Of a stretch of DNA of 64,000 nt, positions 54,921 to 64,000 are shown in pieces; position 1 is the stretch's first letter; each line of letters begins with the position of its first letter. The notes under the pieces were generated by a model. It made no database searches. It had not been told where the DNA came from and saw nothing but the letters and a program-made list of their open reading frames with translations. This DNA is from Dendrobates tinctorius (taxonomy: Eukaryota): positions 23,312,001 to 23,376,000 of the forward strand of contig NW_027361829.1 of assembly GCF_039654945.1 (NCBI RefSeq), written 5' to 3'. The translations under genes and the position numbers were made by a program.

Positions 54921-56141
54921 CACTCACTGGCCACTTTATTAGGTACACCTGTCCAACTGTGTGTTAAGACTTAATTTCTAATCAGCCAATCACATGGCGG
55001 CAACTCAGTGCATTTAGGCATGTAGACATGGTCAAGACAATCTCCTGCAGTTCAAACCGAGCATCAGTATGGGGAAGAAAGGTGATTTGAGTGCCTTTGA
55101 ACGTGGCATGATTGTTGGTGCCAGAAGGGCTGGTCTGAGAATTTCAGAAACTGCTGATCTACTGGGATTTTCACGCACAACCATCTCTAGGGTTTACAGA
55201 GAATGGTCCGAAAAAGAAAAAAAATCCAGTGAGCGGCAGTTCTGTGGCCGGAAATGCCATGTTGATGCCAGAGGTCAGAGGAGAATGGGCAGACTGGTTT
55301 GAGCTGATAGAAAGGCAACAGTGACTCAAATTGCCACCCGTTACAACCAAGGTAGGCAGAAGAGCATCTCTGAACGCACAGTGCGTCGAACTTTGAGGCA
55401 GATGGGCTACAGCAGCAGAAGACCACACTGGGTACCACTCCTCTCAGCTAAGAACAGGAAACTGAGGCTACAATTTGCACAAGCTCATCGAAATTGGACA
55501 GTAGAAGATTGGAAAAACGTTGCCTGGTCTGATGAGTCTCGATTTCTGCTGCGACATTCGGATGGTAGGGTCAGAATTTGGCGTAAACAACATGAAAGCA
55601 TGGATCCATCCTGCCTTGTATCAACGGTTCAGGCTGGTGGTGGTGGTGTCATGGTGTGGGGAATTTTTTCTGGGCACTCTTTGGGCCCCTTGGTACCAAT
55701 TGAGCATCGTTGCAACGCCACAGCCTACCTGAGTATTGTTGCTGACCATGTCCATCCCTTTATGACCACAATGTACCCAACATCTGATGGCTACTTTCAG
55801 CAGGATAATGCGCCATGTCATAAAGCTCGAATCATCTCAGATTGGTTTCTTGAACATGACAATGAGTTTACTGTACTCAAATGGCCTCCTCAGTCACCAG
55901 ATCTCAATCCAATAGAGCATCTTTGGGATGTGGTGGAACGGGAGATTCGCATCAGGGATGTGCAGCCGACAAATCTGCGCCAACTGTGTGATGCCATCAT
56001 GTCAATATGGTCCAAAATCTCTGAGGAATGCTTCCAGCACCTTGTTGAATCTCTGCCACGAAGAATTGAGGCAGTTCTGAAGGCAAAAGGGGGTCCAACC
56101 CCTTACTAGCATGGTGTACCTAATAAAGTGCCCAGTGAGTG
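54921..56141 (+). mobile_element. DD36E (Incomer-type) Tc1/mariner transposon, 1221 bp
   Basis: TA TSD; 29-bp TIR CACTCACTGGCCACTTTATTAGGTACACC with one mismatch. Confidence 0.95.
55069..56109 (+). pseudogene. 346-codon DD36E transposase with a single in-frame stop (TGA 55300-55302)
   Basis: ORFs 55069-55302 and 55321-56109 are in the same frame; WSDES, QQDNA and SPDLNPIE motifs, with 36 residues between the second D and E. Confidence 0.93.
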
Positions 56142-59100
56142 TATATACTACATACATACTACATGCATGCTACATGCTACATACATACCACATACATACT
56201 ACATACATACTACATGCATGCTACATACATACTACATGCTACATACATACTACATATATACTACATGCATGCTACATACATACTACATGCTACATATATA
56301 CTACATGCTACATACATACTACATGCATGCTACATACATACTACATACATACTACATGCATGCTACATACATACTACATGCTACATACATACCACATACA
56401 TACTACATATATACTACATGCATGCTACATACATGCTACATGCATGCTACATACATACTACATACATACTACATGCTACATACATACCACATATATACTA
56501 CATACATACTACATACAATACATTCATACAATACATACATAGACATACAGTACATATAACATAGAGTAACATACTTACCAATACTTGTCACATTGTTCCC
56601 CGAAGCCATTGTCTTTTACGGAATAAATATTAACAAACCACAAAAATACTCACCCACGATCCGAAGCAGTCCACGAGTGTGTCCCACGACGATCTTGGGA
56701 ATTTCCCACGCAGCAATGGCATAAAGTGAGACTAGGGACTTTTTTTTTTTTTAAGTGGCGGAGGAATACAGTGCGGAAGGATACCTACCTTCCGTCATTG
56801 GATTCCTGCAGCCCGTAGAGAACGGCGGCATCAGCTGATGCTGCCGTTCTCTACCCAAGATCGTCGTGGGACACACTCGTGGACTGCTTCGGATCGTGGG
56901 TGAGTATTTTTGTGGTTTGTTATGTTAATATTTATTCCGTAAAAGACAATGGCTTCGGGGAACAATGTGACAAGTATTGGTAAGTATGTTACTCTATGTT
57001 ATATGTACTGTATGTCTATGTATGTATTGTATGAATGTATTGTATGTAGTATGTATGTAGTATATATGTGGTATGTATGTAGCATGTAGTATGTATGTAG
57101 CATGCATGTAGCATGCAGTATGTATGTAGCATGCATGTAGTATATATGTAGTATGTATGTAGCATGTAGTATGTATGTAGCATGCATGTAGTATATATGT
57201 AGTATGTATGTAGCATGTAGTATGTATGTAGTATGTATGTGGTATGTATGTAGCATGTAGTATGTATGTAGCATGCATGTAGTATATATGTGTTATGTAT
57301 GTAGCATGCATGTAGTATGTATGTAGTATGTATGTAGCATGCATGTAGTATGTATGTAGTATGTATGTAGCATGCATGTAGTATGTATGTAGTATGTATG
57401 TAGTATGCATGTAGTATGCATGTAGTATGTATGTAGTATATATGTAGTATGTATGTAGCATGTAGAATGTATGTAGCATGCATGTAGTATATATGTAGTA
57501 TGTATGTAGCATGTAGTATGTATGTAGCATGCATGTAGTATGTATGTAGTATGTATGTGGTATGTATGTAGCATGTAGAATGTATGTAGCATGCATGTAG
57601 TATATATGTAGTATGTATGTAGCATGTAGTATGTATGTAGCATGCATGTAGTATGTAGCATGCATGTAGTATGTATGTGGTATGTATGTAGCATGTAGTA
57701 TGTATGTAGCATGCATGTAGTATATATGTGTTATGTATGTAGCATGCATGTAGTATGTATGTAGTATGTATGTAGCATGCATGTAGTATGTATGTAGTAT
57801 ATATGTGGTATGTATGTAGTATGTATGTAGCATGCAGTATGTATGTAGCATGCATGTAGTATATATGTAGTATGTATGTAGCATGTAGTATGTATGTAGC
57901 ATGCATGTAGTATATATGTAGTATGTATGTAGCATGTAGTATGTATGTAGCATGCATTTAGTATGTATGTAGTATGTATGTAGTGTTTTTTTTTTTTTTT
58001 TTTTTAACATTTAACACATTAGCTGGATGATGGGACTACTACTGTCCCATCATTGGCTAATGTGTCAATCACTGTCATGGTAGCAGGCATCGCCAGATGG
58101 GACTTATAGTCCCATCGGACGATGCTTGCACAGACCCCCGGACATCAGCACAGCCCCCCGGCAGGCCGGCACAGCCCCCCGGCAGGCCGGTACAGACCCC
58201 CACAGGGTGCACAGACCACCGTCAGGCCTGCACAGCCCCCCGGCAGGCCGGTACAGACCCCGGGCAGTCCACACAGCCCCCCGGCAGGCCGGTACAGACC
58301 CCGGGCAGTCCACACAGCCCCCCGGCAGGCCGGCAGAGACCCCCGGAAGGCCCGAAATGACGGCGCATCATGATGCGCACACACCGCTCATCATGATGAC
58401 GTCAGGCTGTCAATCAACTTTGAACTTCCGATTCCGATGCCGACTTCCGATATTGAAAAAATATCGGAAGTCGGTATCGGAATTCCGATACAGCAAGTAT
58501 CGGCCGATACCCGATACTTGCGGTATCGGAATGCTCAACACTAATTGAGAGTGATGCAAAATTTGATTTTCATAAAATTTACTGCTGTAGTTTTTATTGT
58601 GGCCATTTGAATTAACCCTAGATTGTTATGAAGGGTGATAAGATGAATTGCAAATTAATTCCTTGCCATGATAATAACTTGATCACAAAAACTCCATGTC
58701 CACTGAGTTTTTTTTTAGCAGTGCTCCAAATTGACCTGCTTACCTCATTTTACTGATTTTCTCGTTAGCTAAGGAGAAAGTGTTAATGAGGACAAGTCAG
58801 CTGATTTCACTCTGTCATGCTGATCGAATTAGAAGAGCAGACTGGTTGCTTTAAGGCCACATTCATCCATTCAGTATTTTACATCAGTATTTGTAAACCA
58901 AAACCAGGATTGGGTGAAAAATGCAGCAGTGGTGACGTGTTTCTATTATACTTTTGATTGTTTCACTCCTGATTTAGGCTTACAAATACTGATGTAAAAT
59001 GCTGAACAAATACTGAATGTGTGAATGTAGGCTAAAAAGGTCTGGTGCTTGAAATTGTCTGTTAATAAATGGTTACGTCCAATGAATTGAGTGCTGTTAT

Positions 59101-60709
59101 CAATGCTTTACATCAAAAGAGCTTTACAGGCAAGGACATTGCTGCTTGTAAGATTGCCCCTAAACTATCCATTTATCGGCTCATCAAGAACCTCAAAGAG
59201 AGAGGTTCAATTGCTGTAAAGAAGACTTCAGGGCACTCAGAAATGCCCTGTGAGTGCCAGGAGGGTCTCCTAAAGAGGATTCATGTATGGGATTGGTTCA
59301 ACACCAGTACAGACCTTGCTTAGGAATGGTAGCAGGCAGGTATCAGTGCATCTGATCACACAGTGAGGCCAATGCATTTGGAGACTGGCTATGTCAGGAA
59401 GGGAGCAAAGAAGCCACGTCCCTGCAAGAAAAACATCATGGATAGACTGACATTCTCCAGGAAGTAAAGCGACTGGACTGCAGAGGACTGAGGTAAAGTT
59501 ATTTACTCTGATGAACATCCCTTCAGACTGCTTAGGACATCTAGAACACTCACTGTATGTATAAGAAAAGTTGATCACTGCATTGAGTCTTGTGTTATGC
59601 CAACAGTGAAGCATCCTGAGAACTTTCTTGTGTGGAGTTGCTTTTCATCCAAGGAAGTGGACTCACAATTTTGCCCAGGAAAACTGCAATGAATAATGGT
59701 AGCTAAACATACAAGCGCAACTTCTCCAATAATCCAGGCGCAATTTGGTTATGAACAGTGCTTTTTACGGCATGATGGAGAACCATATCACATGGCAAAA
59801 GTGATAACTTGAGTGGGTTGAAGAACATGCCAATGAATTTTCGGTCCATGGCCAGAAAGCCACCCAGATCTCAGTTCCATTGAGAACTTGTGGTCAATCC
59901 TCAAAAATGGGTGTACCAGAAAAAAAAATGAGATTGTGATAGCTGCAAGCACTGATCAGACAAGAATAGGTCGCCATCAGTCATGATTTGGCCCAGAAGC
60001 TGATATCCAACATGTTTGGGCGAATAGTAGAAATCTTGACAAGGGTCAACACTGTAAATATTGAGTCTTTGCAAAAACTTGATGTAGTTGTCAATAAAAG
60101 TGTCAAAGCTTGTGAAGTTTCTATAATTATACTTAAGTATCTATAGCAACATCTGACTAAGGGTATGTGCCCATGATCAGGAAATTATGTATTTTCAATA
60201 CATCTTAAACTCTGCTTTCATTGAACAATGCGGATTTACCACATCCAATACATTCTACTGCATCTCTGTAGCAGAAATTGACATGCTGCGGCTCGTAAAC
60301 CCGCACTGTGGGCATGGGATTTCTATAAATCCCATCCAATGTCCTTTTATCGTGTAAAGCAGCGTTTTGGACGCAGCCCAGGTGAGCTGTGTCCTGAAGC
60401 TGCTATTCCTCATTATGGACACGGACCCAAAAAGATCTAAAGACACTGAAGAGTCAAACTATGAGAAAACCAACATTTGTGTCAGTCATATAAAATATTC
60501 ATCACCTCTGATGTAAATTCATGCAACACTATGAAATGTTTGCATGTGGAGTGCGCTCATTTATAGCACCCTTAATTGGTTTTCAGACCGCTATGAGTAA
60601 GGGAATGTAATTTCTCAAATGCGTCAGAAGTCATTTATGCATTGCAGAAATAAATTGAAAAAATTTGTAAGGAACATGGAGTGCAGTTTTTTTTTTCTCA
60701 TTGGACTCA

Positions 60710-61473
60710 CTGCTTTCACCCCTGGCACCAGAGGATGACTAGCTCGCAGGTGTAGTGAGCTGTATTTGTTTCTACCTTCTGTGTTTCCTACGACATAAGT
60801 GGGACGATTTGTAATTTTACATGACCCCATTCATTTTACTACACGATGTACGTGAAAATAGGGAAAAAACTTACTAGTACAGTGACCAAACAAAATATGT
60901 CATGGTTTTTATTTTTACACAGCTCATTGTGTAGTAAAAATAAGACGGCAGCGTAATTCTGTCAGTACAGTATGATTATGGTGAAACCAAACTTGTAGTA
61001 TTTTTTCTTTAGTGGTGAAAAAGAATTCTGAAAAAAAAAATCTGATTTGTCCCATTGTCTCAATGTCAATGTAACCTTTTTTATTTTTCAGTCAATGGAG
61101 CTGGCTGCAGGGGTTTTTTTTTTTTCAAACTGATATCTTTATCTTTCTATTGGGGCAAAGGCTGATTTTTATATATTTTTTGTTTGTGTAAATATTTTTT
61201 TAAAAACCTTTTCACTATTCTTTTAATTTTTTAGTCCCCTTAGGGGATTTGAACCTGCGATCATTTGATTGCTTATTCTCAATATAGAAAGTACAGTCTG
61301 GCAGTAAAGAATAAAAATGAAAGTTGGGCTAGGCTTCATAGATCTAGTAACATCGCAGTGACTGTGGCCTTTTGCAGACACTCAGCTGCCATTGGCACCC
61401 TGCAATCGATTTGTGGCCGGGGGGTGTCAGGCACCAGAATCGCCGCACCAGGGGGATTGTGGTATTTAAGGGG
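60710..61473. mobile_element. Decayed piggyBac-type element
   Basis: Ends GGTATTTAAGGGG-TTAA; body resembles 4050-4500. Confidence 0.5.
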
Positions 61474-62698
61474 TTAAACAGCAGCAAACCTGAGCCTGCA
61501 TGTATGGTTGTGTCGGAAATCATTAGAACTGGCTTTTTATATGCCAGTCTTTATCAAAAGCCACCTGGAGTAATATGCAGATTTGGTGCGTCTTTTGGTT
61601 GCCCATGTAACAGAATCCAAAATCAATGCATAGACAACCTCAAGTTGTCAGCTGTGCTTTGCACAAAAAAATGTCTTTTTTGCATAAGTTTTCTTGTTAA
61701 ACATAGGAGAAATTCATCAATGGGTGCATTTGGATATCGCAACTAGAAGTGATATGCTTCAACAGTAAAAACCTTGTGCCTGAAAATGTATACTCAAAAC
61801 TCATGTAATATTTAGTAAACCTATGGTTCTAATGCTGACAATGTGCTGTTGACCACTTAGTAAAAAAAATAACTCAATAATGGTCTGAAATCATTCCGGC
61901 TGACTAGCATTATGCCAGGAGTTTGAGGGAGGGTTGCAGCTGACCAGATGACTAGCATGTTCTGGTTGGCATTTTGGGGGGCTGATGCTGGGACCTAAAG
62001 AGCACTTACCACTGGCACTCTGAGGCAGTATAGAAGAGCAGAGAGCCATATCTAGTAGGGCATACACTAAGGAAAGTGCCACGTCTGCCTCATTATTCAG
62101 CAAAAGTCCTAAAATTTAGTGACGGGCATTTACAAGAAAAATGTGATTTGTTGCTCTAGCAAGAGGGAGCACAACAAGCCACAAAGTGGCAAAATTACTG
62201 TAAAGTAAATCTGTCCTGCTGAGGCTGACATTTATGAGGTAGATTTCATTTTCTGGTGTATATTCGGCCCCCAAATAGGCCAAATGTATTGAGTTATGTA
62301 CCTATCAATAATTTAGGTGCACCTTATACAAGTGGACTTATACCCTGATAAATTAGTGACAATTTTCCCCTCCACAAGTTAGGCTAGTTTCACATTAGCG
62401 TTTTTTTGCGCAGCGCATCGTGCGCATAAAAAACGCAAAGAAAAACGCAAAACAAATGTGCGTTTTTTTTTCTTCATGCGCACGACAATGCGTCAAAATA
62501 ACGCAGTGTTACTTGCGTTTTACATGCGTTTTTGCATGCGGTTGCGTTTTTTATGCGCATGCGTTTTTAGGTGTGACATTTCACAATAGCAAAATCCTTG
62601 ACCACCAATGGGTCACCAGTGGGCGTGTTTCATTGGAATGTTTTATAGACCCTGTACTGCTGAATTCATCAGATTTTGCTGCTGTTTCCGGTGTCAAG

Positions 62699-63045
62699 AT
62701 GGACCTGCGTCTGGATAATTTCCGCTTCAAGCTGGATCTTGACATTGCGCTGTCTCAGGCGTATGTCTTTTGTTGCCAGCAAGAAAGGGAGAGGGAGAGA
62801 CAGCAGAGACGGCAGCGGCGTCGGTTTTGGAGGCATCCAATCATCGAACTCCGGCCAAGCCGTGGAGCATATCACACGCTGTACAGCGAGCTACAGGAAA
62901 ACCCGGAGAAATTTGCTGACTATACACGGATGTCCCAGGAAAGCTTCCTTGACTTGCTGGGTATGGTTGAAGGAAACATCCGGAGAAGGGACACTCAGCT
63001 CCGGCGTGCCATTCCTCCCGAAGAAAGGCTCCTTGTCACCTTACG
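62699..63045 (+). CDS. Harbinger transposase exon 1 (MDLRLDNFRF...RFWRHPI...YTRMSQESF...IPPEERLLVTL/R)
   Basis: Open frame; donor CG|GTATGT at 63046; start codon choice is inferred. Confidence 0.85.
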
Positions 63046-63345
63046 GTATGTATGTTGTTATGTTTGCATAATTTTTTTGGCTTTTTTTTTTTTTTTTTTT
63101 TTTTGGTCCAAAAAATTAGGTTTTTTTTGGCTATTGAATTTTAACATTATTTTTGTGAAATTGCTTTTTTGCATAATGGTTTTTCTTCTGGCATGTACTA
63201 ATCCCAAGCCTTTATAAAATGTTTTTTTGCTATGTTGTATTAAAAAAACATGCAAAATAGTTAGGCCATGTACTTTTTTATTTTCAGTGTTTTTAGTAAT
63301 ACCCAAGACAGAAATATAATTATTTTTTCTTTTTATGTTTGGCAG

Positions 63346-64000
63346 GTTCCTGGCAACTGGAGAGAGTCTTTCATCCCTGCATTTCCAGTACCGGCTGGGA
63401 ATCTCTACTTTATCTGGGATTGTTGCCGACACCTGCAGGGCTCTGTGGGATGTTCTGTGTCCGGAGTTTCTGCCATTGCCCACTGCCGAAAAGTGGCTTC
63501 AAATATCGGAGAAATTCTGGGCAGTCTGCAATTTCCCGAACTGCCTAGGAGCGGTGGACGGGAAGCACATCCGCATCACAAAACCCGCAAGAAGTGGCTC
63601 CGAGTACTACAACTACAAGAAGTACTTTTCCACAGTCCTAATGGCCATTGCGGATGCAGACTGCCGGTTTGTGGCGGTGGACATAGGGGCATTCGGACGG
63701 GGCAACGATTCACAGACTTTTAAGAACTCTGATATGGGCTGGAGGTTGTACGGCAACCATTTCAATTTTCCACTGGCACGGCCTCTTCCCCAAACCCAAA
63801 CTCCACCACTGCCATTTGTAGTGGTTGGGGATGAGGCATTTCAGATGTGCCCAAACCTGCTGAAGCCGTACTCCAGCCGTGACTTGGACCACCGCAAGAA
63901 AATTTTCAACTACAGGCTTACGAGGGCTCGCAGGACTGTAGAGTGCGCCTTTGGCATTCTAGTGTCCAGATGGCGAATTCTCAGCACCGCCATCAATCTC
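63346..64000 (+). CDS. Harbinger transposase exon 2, DDE domain, open to window end
   Basis: Acceptor tttggcAG at 63344-63345; reads FLATGES...FPNCLGAVDGKHI...YNYKKYFS...VVGDEAF...NYRLTRARRTVECAFGILVSRWRI with no stop. Confidence 0.93.

Larger units (their letters stand above)
54512..57985. repeat. Compound TACAT/ACATGC microsatellite arms (54512-54920, 56142-56520; inverted 57040-57985)
   Basis: Direct read; source of the low-complexity YIHT ORFs. Confidence 0.95.
53917..58543. mobile_element. 4.6-kb quasi-palindromic hAT non-autonomous element
   Basis: Perfect 8-bp TSD ATTGAGAG (53909-53916, 58544-58551); TIR TAGAGTTGAGC / GCTCAACACTA; mirrored arms with CCGATAC repeats, a GC minisatellite and a TACAT microsatellite. 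Confidence 0.93.
53893..60514 (+). mobile_element. Old Tc1-like element with DD35E spacing (Traveler-like); decayed transposase about 59069-60064; split by the hAT element and two small MITEs (58855-59032, 60161-60428)
   Basis: Left end TA-CGTTCGTGGCCAAAGTATTGAGAG resumes after 58551; MVTSNE..ALHQK.FTGKDIAA N-terminus; 105 nt between GAT (59774-59776) and GAG (59882-59884). Right boundary approximate. Confidence 0.7.
62382..64000 (+). mobile_element. Candidate autonomous PIF/Harbinger transposon, left part
   Basis: TTA-GGCTAGTTTCACATTAGCG left TIR, AAAACGC sub-terminal repeats, followed by a transposase gene. Confidence 0.9.

Noticed and set aside
54488-58010. Long His/Tyr-rich ORFs up to 338 aa
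   Set aside because: Translations of a microsatellite that lacks stop codons in several frames.
63046-63217. Hydrophobic C-terminus of ORF 62420-63217
   Set aside because: Read-through into the T-rich transposase intron.

Overview
Vertebrate genomic DNA, very probably from a frog (inferred from the repeat landscape). The only host gene I can recognise is the mismatch-repair gene MLH1 on the minus strand, which the ORF track misses. Coding exons 1-7 lie between 18285 and 3154 (119, 91, 99, 74, 73, 92 and 43 nt, all with GT-AG introns). They splice to 197 codons of the MutL GHKL ATPase domain, and exon 8 onward lies left of the window. Almost everything else is transposable-element sequence, often nested. 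Retroelements: L2 and CR1 LINE fragments, tRNA-derived SINEs, a DIRS-like relic and a solo LTR. DNA elements: piggyBac-type (TTAA, CCC..GGG), T2/Kolobok-type (TTAA, AGG..CCT), hAT-type (8-bp TSD), pogo/Tc2-like and Harbinger-type (3-bp TWA TSD) non-autonomous elements, plus Tc1/mariner copies with DD34E, DD35E and DD36E spacing. A spliced, apparently intact PIF/Harbinger transposase runs off the right end. Notable structures are a near-identical 6.04-kb tandem duplication (42116-54196), a Harbinger MITE carrying a (CCCTAA)n array whose TIR matches the intact Harbinger, several minisatellite-bearing MITEs, and an internal cassette shared by elements of two different superfamilies. No CRISPR array, rRNA or true tRNA gene was seen. 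All calls were made by eye without alignment or database searches.
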